Made by a program: the position numbers and the translations under genes. A stretch of 64,000 nt of DNA from Trichoplax sp. H2 (Eukaryota). Positions 14,255 through 27,941 of this stretch are shown here, one piece after another. Positions within the stretch are counted from its first letter, which is position 1. Every line of letters starts with the position of its first letter. The notes under the pieces are model-generated. The model had not been told where the DNA came from, did not search any database, and saw only the letters and a program-made list of their open reading frames with translations. Where the stretch lies: positions 62,001 through 126,000 of the forward strand of contig NOWV01000141.1 in assembly GCA_003344405.1 (NCBI GenBank). The letters are read 5' to 3'.

Positions 14255-15010
14255 CTCTTAGCTTTGTCTATATTGGCTAGAGCCCAAGAATAGATGTTTC
14301 ATTTTTGGGTATTAGAATCATAAACAAAATTATTTATCCGACGTGATTTGATGGTAGAAAAATACTAAAGTCAAACGGAAAGATAGAAAATGTAGAAGCT
14401 TTAGTGATCGACGTGACAGACGTTTCATTTTTGGGTATTAGAATCATAAACAAAATTATTTATCCGACGTGATTTGATGGTAGAAAAATGCTAAAGTCAA
14501 ACGGAAAGATAGAAAATGTAGAAGCTTTAGTGATCGGGTTAATTTATAAAACAACAAGATATACTGATGAGAAAAATAGAATAAAGGTTAAAGTTCATTA
14601 AGTTACTCTTAGCTTTTGTCTACATTAGTCAGCACGGCTGAAGAATAGTTGTTCTATTTTAGAATTTTAAAATCGTCAACCAAGCCATTTAATCGGCAAG
14701 ATTACAGGATAAAAAAATACATTATGCAAACGGAAAGACAGAAAGTTGAGAAACTATGATAATCGGCTTATAGTGGTAAGGCTATACCATCAATAAAATT
14801 TCGACAAAATCGAGAATTTGTCCTGGTGTTTCTGGTCGAATCTAAATTATATCATGCAAAAGTAAGATGCATTGACGAAAAGAGGGTCAAATTATTTTTA
14901 GCATTTATGTAATTAAGCAGCGAAGCCCAAGAATGTAACTTCTATTTTAAGGTATAATAATAGCGAATAAAACTATTGAAGGGGCATAATTTAATGGTGG
15001 AAAAATATCG
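14255..15010. repeat. ~127-bp tandem duplication (14295-14410 / 14422-14536) with more degenerate relatives near 14600-14765 and 14925-15010
   Basis: Repeated gtttcatttttgggtattagaatcataaacaaaattatttatccgacgtgatttgatggtagaaaa...caaacggaaagatagaaa. Confidence 0.8.
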
Positions 15011-15599
15011 GTAACAATAATTATTCATAGCTGCAATCACTTTGTTATTGGCTGCGGTAGCATGCTTCGTAAATTAGACTATTCTTATACAAATGATTAT
15101 GACGATGATCAAGTCAGATATTTTGACTATAATTTCTTAAACGAAACTTTGTGACTCTGAAGGATAATTTATTGCATTCTTGCGGATGATTTTAACTACT
15201 ATTGAACAGAATATAGAGTAGAATTTAAATACGAGCATAGAAGTGATAAGCTATAATATAATCACAGCATGAAATCTCGAAATAATTTTTCATGTTGAAA
15301 TGATCACATGCTGGAGAAAATGAAAAAAACTGTTCATCACGATTATTTGGATAGTATCAACTATGGTATCCAAGAAATAGAGGATTATCAAGCTAGTATA
15401 GGTTAAATCAAGCTGATAAAATTGACCTTATAACAGAACTATATTTGGGTAAAGTCGTGGTAAAATAGTTAATTGGATAGTTACTGTATTAAGATTGTAC
15501 AATCGAGTAGAAGTTCAATCTAAAGCAATAGAATGGGTCTCCAATTCACGGGATTTCTTAATCCACCGGTCTATTAAATAGTTCATAAAATAAATGTTT

Positions 15600-16500
15600 C
15601 ATTTATCGTATTGTCTGACAAGAGATCGATTACTGTAGCCATAGTTAATATATAAATAGAATCGGTCTCGCATAAATGAAAAAAGGGAAGCAATGAAATA
15701 GACATTATAGCCGTATCATTTCTTGCTAAAATGATCAATTGAATAGTTAATCCATAAGTCAATCAATTATAAATTTGTCAGTCTAGCTACAAATTGCAAA
15801 TTAGTGCAATAGGCAATAATAGCATAAACTGAAGGGGACTAGACTCTTTCAAATGATAATCTAGAAATATAAAATAAGCTTTCTGACTTAATTATTTCTT
15901 GATAAAATGGCCAATTGGATAGTCAATCAATTAGGATTATAAGTCCAGATGTTAATATTAAACTAGGACAACAATAACATAAATTAAGAAGATTAATCTC
16001 TTATATGTAAATGAAAATGTAGGACAATAAAATAAGCATTCTAACTAGATTACTTCTTGATGAAACAGTCATTTGGTAGTTAATCGGCTAGGATTAAAAA
16101 TTATTAATCTACATGAGAATGCTAAACCAAGGCCACAGGCAACAACATAAAGTAAAGGAGATCAGTCTTTTATAGATGATAACGTGGGAAGATAAATAGG
16201 TATTCTAATTTGATCATCCCGTCAAGAAATAGTCAATTGGATAGTCAATCTATGAATCTATGAAGATTAAAAATTATCAATCTGGCTAAAAATATTAAAC
16301 TAAAGCCATCGGCAACAACAACATTAAGTAAAGGAGATCAGACTCGTATAGATGACAATATAGAAGATGAAAATTAGATATTCCAATTGATTATTTCAAC
16401 AAGAATTAAGGCTATCCATCTTGCTAATGCCAAAACTAAGGCGATAGACTAGACCTGCAACAACAACATTTCTTGAGTAAATAGTCGATTTTATAGCCTA
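15600..16500. repeat. Degenerate tandem repeat array, unit ~160-180 bp
   Basis: Recurring ggcaacaacataaagtaaaggagatcag...gatgataa...aaaataagc..ttct..ctt...gtcaattggatagtcaatc motifs near 15810, 15970, 16140 and 16310. Confidence 0.6.
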
Positions 16501-19500
16501 TCCATTTAGTCAATTGGTCGTATAGGCCGAGGAAGCGATTAGGGTAGCAAAGGCTACAATGATCAATCTCCCATTAATGATAATCTTAAGCGATAGAAAT
16601 GACGACTTGTAAGAATTGTATTTCTTGATCAAATGATGGATCGGATGGTCTATCATAAAGATTCTCAATGAAGGAGAAATGATGATTGAAGGGGATTAGG
16701 ACTAGACTAACAACAACATTCTTACAAATGATCAGTTGTATAAGCATTAAAATCAGTAGACTGTTTATCGTATTGATTCAAATGAGATTGGCTACCGTAA
16801 CGAAATATTTAGACTATTAGTATGGCATAAACTAAAGCAAAAAAACTCAACGCCGTAACGACAGAAAATATTTGATGCAATCATCAATGGAATAAGTCAA
16901 TTACTCATTGTAACCGCCACTAGGATATTCTCAACCGCACTATCAATTAAAATTAGAATAGCAATAATGAGAATCTACAGCGACATAATTAAATTCCTTG
17001 AACGACAAAGTTTCCCCATGGAATAAGTCAATCAAATGAAAGAAATATTGGTCTGGATGATGGCGACTATCGTAGTCTACAACAGAGACTCCAGTACAGT
17101 ACATATTACTATGGCAAAATTAGTCGATGAACCTATTAATCAAATTAGATAGACTATTGCTTTCGTTTATCGTTATGTAACAAATGGCGAAAATATTTTA
17201 TCCCTCAATGTAGAATAAGGAAAAACGCTTGACAAGTTGTAATATCCTCTTTAAGGAAAAGATCATGCAAGTACAATCGTTTGATAATCATTTTGATCGA
17301 CAAATTAATAGGAGACGAAATAAAAAATAGTCAATGGAAATCATCGATATAGTTAATATGTAGAATAATTTTTTTAATCTGCTAGCCAATAAATTATGAA
17401 ATCATTTCCGATTATACAGTAGGAGAGAATTGCATAATGAAATCGGCTTGTATTCAAATTTCTTTTACTTGACAAGCCGCAATTCTCGTCATCAGGCAGT
17501 ATTGATATTGCCTATGGAAACATATTCTTTACACTTTAATCAAACACTTTAGGATACTTTGGAAGGGACTACAACACTGCCCTTCAACACATTTGTGTCG
17601 GAATGTTGTTTGTTAGTAAATATCAAGAAATCTCCCACTAGCATTTTTGCAATAGTTGCATCACCATTGACGGAAGAGAAAATATGTTGATCACCATTCT
17701 ACTCGTAGGTGTGGTAATCCTCTTCAATCAATACGATTATTGATATAGATGACTTAGAATTGTTGAAATCGAATAGAGAGAAATGGAATTATTGCAAACT
17801 ATCAAGAAACAATAACTATAGATTACCAATTTCTTATAATAACTTGCAATGTTATTTTACCCTGAATAATTATATTATCATTTGGAAGAGTTGAAGATAA
17901 TCAACAGGAAATTCATGCAGAGGAAGTCGTTATTTTACTTGCCAATAAAATATAGTATGATGTAGTACATCTAAATTAAAGGTACTTTCAAGCAATGGAA
18001 AAAGATGGGAGATTGATGGTCTACATTAAAAGTACATTCAATCAGTAGGGAAAAGGATATGCGATCGATGGTCCAAATTGAATGTGCTTTAAACAAATAA
18101 GGGATGAGTACGGTATAGAAGATCTACCATTAATGTATTTCGAATAAAAGGAGGGGAAAGGAAACAGAAGGACTAAAACTAAAGCAAAGTACTATTTCAA
18201 TGAGTTAAATAGTCCTTCACTATTACAAAGTTTAAATCATTAGCCAGCAGTTGACAATAAGATAAACATCATCTCCATATTTTTTGGGGGTAATCTGTGA
18301 GTTATTCTAATACTAGAGTAGAGCGTAGTTCAATAATTTTTTCCCCGACAATATTCATGACTTAAACGACGATCAAGCAGACTTGTGATTGACATTTCCA
18401 TTTGGAAATGCTGGTGGCCATCAATATTTTCTATTACAACAACGTCTCGACATTGCTGTAGTCTATAATTAATTTTCTAGTATCTGATTGCATAGGAAAG
18501 ACAAGAACAAAAATTAGCCCCACACCACAGGGGGGAGACTGTCTGCCATGATTCGTTATGATGATCTCCTCCCTTGATGCAAAGCAAATTAACTGATCAA
18601 ATCATTGTAAAACTACAAGAAAATGGAGGATTGGATTGGTAGTTCTGTCGCTCTCCAGGCGAGAATGAATCGTTTAACTAATATGAGCATAGTTCTGCCG
18701 CAATTGAAGGTAGGCTATTCGAGTTAAACGAAAAAGGCCCCAAAATTAAATTGATGTTTTCATGAATGTAACGGTAACTACTGAGATGCAAAGGAGTACT
18801 TATAATGATTTGTTTTCTTATCCTTTGATTGTAGTATTTTAATTAAAACTGGGCAATTATAATTTATAGAATAGATTAACGAAATGGCCTAGACAAATTC
18901 TCGTCTAAATCTGGTCGACGTAAACTTTATACAGTAGTTGGATCATTTTTACTATGACCCTATCCTATGCTAATCTAAAATCATTCATTTTAGCCTATCT
19001 TATCATTCTTGTCTATAAAATTAGCAATAAATAGATAGATAATTATACTGTAATAATGGTAATCCTAAAGTTTGCCTTTTTTGTACTCAAGGAAAAGCGT
19101 AGAATATCCAATCTGTTGTATAACGACCGCTTTTCAATCAAATGACAGGGAAAGTAAAAGTCAAACATCTCATTTCTAGATAATATGGCCTCAATTATGT
19201 GAAAAAATAGGATAGTTTCAATTCAAATTGGATCTTAAGATGGGAAATGCAAAGTCATGAAATGTTAATTACAAAAAAATGCCATAGTAAAAAGAGCTTA
19301 ACCAATATGGATACCGATGATGACGTAAAGTGGTTGCTTAACTTAAAAATAATAAATTAAATGGATATTAGTTTCCAGCACACTGCCCCATTCCGATTTT
19401 TGATTACGATCGTTAAAAAGTCGCATCTTCCTTATATTTTACTACTGTTGTCATGCTTGGGGGATTGGAGCACAAGTTGATCGAATATCATTATGAATTG

Positions 19501-22500
19501 TAGAATTGTGAATGGATGATCAACAGTAATGTAATTGTTAAAAAAATGATGGAAGAAATAGCCACTTCAATAGTGGACCAGATTAAACATTGATCCTCTC
19601 TTAACACGACAAGTAGAAAATCAAACTGAAACGATTGACTATGTAAGGATGTTGTTTACTGTATTAAATTGCCTTCATGTCAACGATCGATGTTCCCCTT
19701 CAATATCGATGAATCTGGTTATGAAAATAAACACCCCACTGGCTACAAAGTACAACAATCAATTTACGCATAATGCAGAGCTGCTGTATCAGTCTAATGG
19801 CAACATTTTCTTCATGGTTTACTCTCTAATAATAATTTATTTCCAAAGGTAGACTAATGATCATCCTACGAGGATGGCTGTGATTCATGCAAAAGTGTAC
19901 TGTAGTATAGCCATGATTTATGGACAACTTCTTCATTTCTTATTATTCAATCACTCGCAATAATTGATGAGACATAATTGATGACACAACGTGAAGCCAG
20001 CCTGTTCCCACGGTCACAATCAATGGGAGTTTTCTACAATCTAATTAATGGAAGACAAGTGGAATTACAAGTGGAATTGCTGTACTAGACGAGAATTGTT
20101 CCCGTATATGACATACCAGGCATTTTTCTAGTCATTAACATACAGGGAAAAAAATTGATGAAAGAAGAATTTCCTTGACGTGCAGGAAATTGTTATGCTG
20201 TCATGAAGCAATCAAATGAAGACAGGGCATGTCCGTTGAATGATTCTTTTAAAATGCTACCAGGATTGAAAGATAGCGTATGATTTCTCGTCAACGACGA
20301 CCATTAATGACAACTGGCCGATATTGATTATACTATTTCCGATTGGAATACACTCATCTATCATGTTGTACTAACGACTAACTATGTCGAGTAGTGTATC
20401 AGTCGACGAGGTAGGCAATGATATAAGAAAACACCGACACGTAGACTAGAAGAGAAAAAATAGACTTACCCATAACGCAGCCATACTAGTGTGATGTTAA
20501 GATCCAACCAATCTTAGATAGAAGACGCAATGATAATATAATTGTTGATTTAGATTGAAATAAATAATGGTAGTTCTAATTCTTGCTGATCATGATTGAA
20601 AATGACTTGATTGAAGGTAAAATTACTAGTGCTAGTGCAGATTGAGCCAATAAAATTATTCCCACGTCACGATGAACGATATTGATTCTTCTCTAGCTCC
20701 TTTCCAGTAATAGGCAGTTTTAATAAGAATTGGCATATACACACACACAAAAAAAAAGGAGGAGAGAAGGAAAAATTAAAATTAAGATAAAATGGAATAA
20801 TAGTGGCAATATCAACAATAATAACAATAATGAAATGTCAAAGATTGTCATGTAATTTTATCTACTTTTTAAGTTGATTGCACAGGATGGAATAGCAACT
20901 CAAGTCAATTGGTTTTCTTTACAAGACTTTGAATAAATGTAGAAAGAATACTTTTTCGACTATTCTTCAATAAAGTCATGAATCTAATCAACTGTCCAAT
21001 GATGATAATTGCTACCGCCTCCTCCTCCTCCTCCTCGTTGCTTTCCAACTCATCCCAGTAGAAGTGTGATCAAGATAGACAACGTAGTCAGTCAGTCCGA
21101 TCCACAAACACTGCTCGAGTTTATATAGATATCCTAAACGGCGATAGCTACTCTTTCCTACTCTTCTCCATGCCAGTTTTCAGTGGCAAAGAGTGAAGTA
21201 AACATCTTACCTTTTGTTATTCGCTGCCACCTATACTCGATAATATTAATAATATATGTTTTTCTTTTGTTCAATTGTTAACCCAGTTAGATAGTATTGT
21301 CTAGTTGTCAATGGAGTACCATCGGCTCTTTTACTATCTTCGACAAATGGCCATGTTTTACTCATCGTCTAGATCGATCAAGAGGTTTGCTACAGCATAT
21401 TTCAATGGAGTTGCTATTTATGTAATGGCTTAATGGCCATGCTATTCGATTGGAATGAGGATGCAAAATTGACGATACCTTCACCACATTTCCAAGTTAT
21501 GATTAGTGCTGATTGGAGGCTAGCTTAACGTGCCATGGTATTGTCGATCTGAGCTAGAATGCACTGGTGTACTAAGCATTAGACTGAATTGAATATTGAG
21601 AAAGTTTTCTTTCTTGTCAATTAGTGTAAATAGAAACCTCCCTTTCCTCCCACACATAGACGAATTGATCAAGCGCATGCCTTCGATCGGTCTTGCCTTT
21701 CCAACCGTTTAATATGGCATTATTCAACAATGAAGTTGATTCTTTCCCTTCCTATATCGTTATACTGCCAAGCTTATACTACAGCTATTGGATAGGAAAT
21801 AACAGGAAGTTTGGATGAAAGTTAATAATGCATGGCCTCCAACTGAGACTACTCACTGAGTGCTTCAATTTACTGCATGCAATTCATTCATCTTCTGCAT
21901 GCTCTACAGTACATACGGATAATGATCCCATATCCGAGCACGATGCAGTCGTTATTTTACTCTAATGAAGAATCGATTCTTCTAAGTGATATCCTCGTAG
22001 ACTCTACGGTAAAATTAAATCGAGATATTCTAATTGCATCATCTACTGTTGAAGATGGCAAATATGAAATAATATAGCATTTTTATTTTACTGAATGAAT
22101 ATGTGAAGGAAGAGCATTTTCCTATGTAATCAGGTATTCGGACACTGAATTGAAATAGAGTGGAAATAGGTACCTTGATGATGATGTAGAATCATAGACT
22201 ACTAAATGCTGCTAGTAGTCCATGGTAGTATCATCTCAAATCGATCATACTTGTATTTTAAATTAGAAGATTGTAGACGTAAAACTGTCTCTAGTTGCGA
22301 AAATTCCTTCGCACGCCTAGAATAAAGTTAAATGAACAAAAAATCCAAAATCTTGTCATCTTATTATTTGAGATACTGTATCCCTATAGCCGTCAAGTCC
22401 TCCATTTCGTCCATTAATCATGACTATCCACATTATGTCATTTCACATCTGCATCCCATGTCAATTCGCTGATTTGGAATGGCCCATAAAAATCGTTAAT

Positions 22501-24479
22501 CAACTACTGCTCCTCACTGTATCCTTCTCATACAATACTCTGTTACAGCATGGGCCTCCTAAAATTGACATGGACAGGAAATTCTATTTGGACAGTCGGA
22601 CATTTCGGCGTTATTGCAAAGACTTTTATCCGTAAAGGGGTTGCCCGATTCTGTAATTCGCTTATTTTTTTAAATTAAGTAATATTATATCGAAATTTGT
22701 AGTATTTTACTCAGTTCTGCTTCAAAATAGTTATATAAAGTCATGAATGTTCTTAAATTAGAGCAAGTAATTAAAGAAAAAGAGATGGAAAAGATGCATC
22801 GCTTAGTAAATAATTAATTTTTCGATATTTTGCCTTCATTTACTTTTAAAAAGTCTGTCTGCCTAAAGATTTGCTTGCAGCATCTTGATCGCCTACAACG
22901 ATAACATGGCACTTATGGGCCCCAAAATATCATAGGAATAGGTGATTATCATCATGATGAGCAGCCTACTATTCCATGTTTGCGATCAATTCCTGTCAAA
23001 AATATCAAATTAACTTTCTTCCTGTTCTACGACATTTTACTCAAGTATTTTTAGAAAGGGCTGGGGCAGATAAATAGTGTAGGCTACGCCCCTTGAATCC
23101 AGGTAGAGTATAGTATGCAGTACCGGGCCAATATTATATACGATATACTATAGCATGTAGTATGGCGGAGAAGATCGATTAATTGTCTTGATTCATTTCA
23201 TTTTCCTTGGATTTATTCAATTGAATCAATTGATTGGTAGATTTGCATGCTGGATGAGATTGTATAGCAATCTGTCATCAATAGTTACTTCAACACTAAC
23301 AGAAAGAGACTGTTAAAACGCTAAAAGCATAGCAATCCTCTATCGTTTTGGGTCAAAGTGGGTGACATTTTCTCTACAGGGAATCTGGACTGTCTACAGG
23401 GGTGTGTTCCAAAGTAGACACCGAGCTAGTTGCACACTATACAGTTCCAGCTTTCCGATACATTCAAATAGTCGGCAAGAGCCAGCCAGCTGATTTTGTT
23501 TTGGTTGAGCAAGAATCGTTGGCAACCTCTTCTTCTTTCATTCGTCTACTACTTGGAGAATCTAATCATCATCGTCGACTGCTAGTGTATCCATTTTAGC
23601 TAGAAGTTATGGTTGAAAGATAATGAAGTTATGAAAGGCCTCGGTATCGACCTAACTACGAAATATTATAATCTATTGCAGTTATTATAGCCTACGTGGA
23701 TAGCGCCATCTTTGTTGAGGAGAAGGTAAGCTGCAGTTCAAAAGAGTGACAGAGTTAGCTTTCCAGTGTTGATAAAACAGAAATAGTCTAGGTAGAAAAA
23801 TTTTAAGGTAGCTTGCAGCATCATCTTGATGCTCAATCATCCATCTGTCTCTCATAATGAAGAGAAATGGAAGCACTCCAATAAGAAATGTAGGAATCAA
23901 GTCAATATCACAGACTAGATTTATTACTTCAATTTACTTTTAATAAACTTTCGCGTATTCTATTTTAAAGGTAAAATTTATCTTACAAGTGATTTAACTC
24001 AAGCTAGAAGATTTTGCATGCTCTTGGTCGGGGATTCAATATTACAATCAAGAATATATGTTAGTTTGCAATACTTGCTTGATATGCATGATGCTAGGAT
24101 ACAAGTCTTCTTCCTGTACGTCAACAATTTGTACGAGGAATGTGGGAAAGTTAGCAATTTGCGTACGGAGACTTGATCCGTAATATAGACATGGCGTAGC
24201 AGTATTGTAGTATGGATAGCAGTCATAGTTCGTGAAATTTACAGTGTCAATAACCAACGTTTTACTGTTAACCTCACATAACTCTCCTTGGACAGTGAAA
24301 GAAAGTTGGTTATGCTAAGTGAAAACATGAAACATTATTGTTCATCGTTATCATGCTACAATAACGTGAACATCAGTAGAAAATTGTATTTCCAATTTCT
24401 AGCGATGGAGAGAGAATGTGCTATGCTAGAGTAATAAAATATTCTATTTAAAGTGATCGATATGATATCCAATACACCT

Positions 24480-25290
24480 TAAACTACAAATTTGCGATCA
24501 ATACTGTGATTAATGCCTTCTGTGAAATACTACACGTTGGAATGATATTGATAGCGGCGATGTTGCGATAACATGGATCTCAATGCTAATTTGTTAGTTT
24601 ATTTCTAATGATTAAATGTAGCGTATAGTCCTTATGAGTTAGACACAACATTATACACCTTCCAATCTTATGATCTATATGGGATAGAGGACGAGGCAAG
24701 CATAAGACTGTAGTTCATACTTTTCATGAAATACTGCAAGATGGAGAGATGTTCATACAGACAGTTTTGCAATAATATGGATATCATTACTGATTTGTTA
24801 ATATATTTACAATGATAAAGAGAGAGAGAGTATACTTTAATATACGTCATTTATGCCATGTTCAAGTAAAAATGGTAGCATTATTTCCAAACTCACCACA
24901 CACTACAAACGATAGAGGAGGTAAGTGCAATACAGTCAATCCTTCCACAAAATACTGAACATTAGAGAGAATATTCGCAGTTATGATGTTGCGATGACAT
25001 GGATCTCCATACCATATCGTGAATATATTTCTAATGATTAATCTCTGGCATTGTCCTTGTGAGTTAGACATAACATTACTCGTCCCATAACCTTGTAACC
25101 AATATAGGATAGAGGACAAGGCAAGTTCAATACTGTAATGCATACATTGTACAAAATAGACTAGACATAGGAGAGATATTCATCATTACTGTTTTACAAG
25201 AAGTATGGATATCAATGCTTAATTGTTAATATATTTGGTAACGATGAAGAGAGAACATAGTATACTGTAAGGAAGTAATATTCAAGTTAA
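24480..25290. repeat. Degenerate ~420-bp tandem duplication
   Basis: Shared blocks actacaaa...aaatact...gatgttgcgat.acatggatctc...atttctaatgattaa...tgagttagaca...gatagaggac.aggcaag...atggatatca...ttgttaatatattt in 24480-24880 and 24900-25290. Confidence 0.7.
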
Positions 25291-26229
25291 AATGGTTACA
25301 TCATACTGACAACACTCGACAGCATTATCTCAATTTACAAACTTGAGATCAATATTTTAAAAGAGTACGACGCTGCTACAGTAGCTCTTTCCTTCTTTAA
25401 AAAGCTCGATGGATTACATTCATACTACAAATTATGTCAATACTAACATGGATGGGTAAGACGTTGCATCATGAAATCTTAATATTGAAAATGCACGCTC
25501 CTAGGACATATGTACTATGCAATAGACTCTCAGTAGTTTATGGCTCGGGTAATTAAGGTAACAGCATCGATAATGTTAACTCTTGTTCAAATTGTAATAC
25601 AACTCTATCTGGACCTTGTTATGGACATACTCTATTATTGGAGTGCTGCATGTATTCCAAGAATGTGCTGTGATCTATGTAATATTATAGATTGTGTCAA
25701 AAGGGAGACACACACTTAGAGCACCAACTGACTGTAAAGGATTCGAGACTTATCTTAAACCAATACAACCACAATTAGCATATAGAGGTTCCTAACCATC
25801 CACTAACAATAACGTACACGCATTTATACATATTTATACAATGTTGTATAAATGGAGAAAGAGCAGGAGTAGTTACTCTCGCTGCAGACATCATTAAATA
25901 CGGTATTCTTTCCAGTCCTGCAACGTTCGAGTTTGATGCTTTACTATTGTATCGTTATGAGAGTCTGCCTAGTAATTATCCTGACGTCAGAAAATGGCAA
26001 ATTTACCTAGTCTTCTTTTCATAGGAAGCGATAAACTAGACCTTAAATAGGTTAACTTTAAACAAATGCTATGTCTAACTCGTAAGTCCTCATGTTGATC
26101 TTGTAACCTTATAATAAACAAGTAATATACTATAGCATTTATATTTATTTTTGTTCTCATAAAATCTAGGGAAGGTGCAACTAAGAAGCTATTTATTGGA
26201 CTGTAATTACTGGTACAATACGTCTAACG

Positions 26230-26622
26230 ATGAGTGAATCCGTTACTATATGCAAACCATGTTTTCGCGCTTGGTATCAATGCCTCAATCATTCTGAAAA
26301 CGCTATTAAGTGCTGTACATGCTATTTTTGCCTGGTAGGCCTATTCTATCATTTCAGTAATGATAAAGAATACCCTAATATGAATATAGAAGATCCATGC
26401 TCCTGCAAAAACTATGAGCAGAAACCTTATGAATGCCTTAAAAGATATACAATTTTGATTGTTTTAAGTTTAGTATGTTTTCCCACACTCATTTTATATC
26501 ATCCATTGAGATACTTGATAAATTGTTGTCGTTACTGCTATTTTCAAACTAATTCCCTATATATGCTTGGAAGAAATAGTAGCTCAACTTATAACAATAC
26601 AGCTACTATAACAACTGTATAA
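26230..26622 (+). CDS. Sprouty-family protein consisting essentially of the Cys-rich SPR domain (130 aa, single coding exon)
   Basis: CKPC...ENAIKCCTCYFCLVGLFYHFSND...EDPCSC...CLKRY..L.VLSLVCFPTLILYHPLRYLINCC matches the Sprouty/Spred SPR pattern (C..C..KGLFYHC..D..DPCSC...C..RW....SL..PCL.CY.P.R.C). Confidence 0.85.
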   Translation: MSESVTICKPCFRAWYQCLNHSENAIKCCTCYFCLVGLFYHFSNDKEYPNMNIEDPCSCKNYEQKPYECLKRYTILIVLSLVCFPTLILYHPLRYLINCCRYCYFQTNSLYMLGRNSSSTYNNTATITTV

Positions 26623-27941
26623 AAAATCTAAACTATATAACATTTAATACTATTAAATTATATTTCAATTTCTGTAGCATATTCACAAAGTGCATTAACA
26701 TTTTAGGAATGAGTGTTGCTTTCAGATTGGATCGGTAATGTTATTACCGTTTCTTCTATCAAGAATTAAGTACTACCTATCTATTAAAATGTTCACATGT
26801 CATACTTGATTACAAGGGCTGTACGATATTTCATAGAAATGTTTTCATTATATTTGGTAAGATGTGCAAAAAGGAAATATACAGCACCATCGACCCTGTA
26901 CTGCAATATTATCAGGTAATAAAAATTTTTAATTTGGTGCTTGGCTGTGATGCATGTAAATACCTCGTATTAGAGCTACATGTTTTTAAAAATATGAAAC
27001 GTTCCATTCGTTTACTATCGATGTTGTTTCAAGCAGGACAATATACCCTATAGATTCTAAATATTATATCCATGAAGAATCTGTATTCCATCTCGAAAAT
27101 GATGAATCTATTTTTCGTGCTAGGATTCCACTCTGCAATAACTGCTATCGTTACGAGGTCGGCTCATTAAAATTTTAAAAATGCCCCCAAAAAAGGAGCA
27201 AAATTGTCGTCTGACTAGAACTACGGAACATGCACTTTCAATGTTTTTGCCACAATATCTTGCGTTAAATTCTTAAATGCCTTTATACGGAAGTATTTAT
27301 GAAATTACATAAAGCTAGGCACTGTCAAATTCATGGATATCGACCGTTTATAACACTTTTGAAGAAGTACTACAACAGGTGTATAATCAGTAACTGCGCT
27401 ATACATTTATTGCGCTCAAGTAGCACTTACATTTACTGCTTAACATATATTACAATATTTTTATTACAATAAACAATATGCGCTAGCGTTAAACTTTTCT
27501 TAGCTTTGCCAATTAATTTCAGTGCTTAACTATTATAGATCTACGGTAGTTTTGAAGATTATGATCAAAACAGCAAGTGATTTTGCAAATATATATGCTA
27601 AATTGAGTATCAGATGACAGCACATTGTATGTTAAGAATAAAAGAAAGTCATAACAATAAAATGATGACATGATATCGCACTATTAATTAATTATAACCC
27701 ATAGGTATGAGTTTTATCGAAATTCAGAATATTGATTGGAATGATAGTAATACACTATTATATTGCAGCGATCTATAATGTTGTAAAGCAACTTTATACC
27801 ATATAAATATCGCTACGATGTGACATCAATTTACGTTATATCACCAAACCACACTAAAAATTCAATAATTTCTGTTCACAATATAATAATTTTGCAATTG
27901 AATCTGGAATAAACCTTAACAAATTGCTCCGCTTCTGTACG

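Noticed and set aside
20647-20669. ERSE-like CCAAT...CCACG element
   Set aside because: Spacer is 10 nt rather than the required 9. It contains a TGACGTGG match on the minus strand, but no linked gene start is established.
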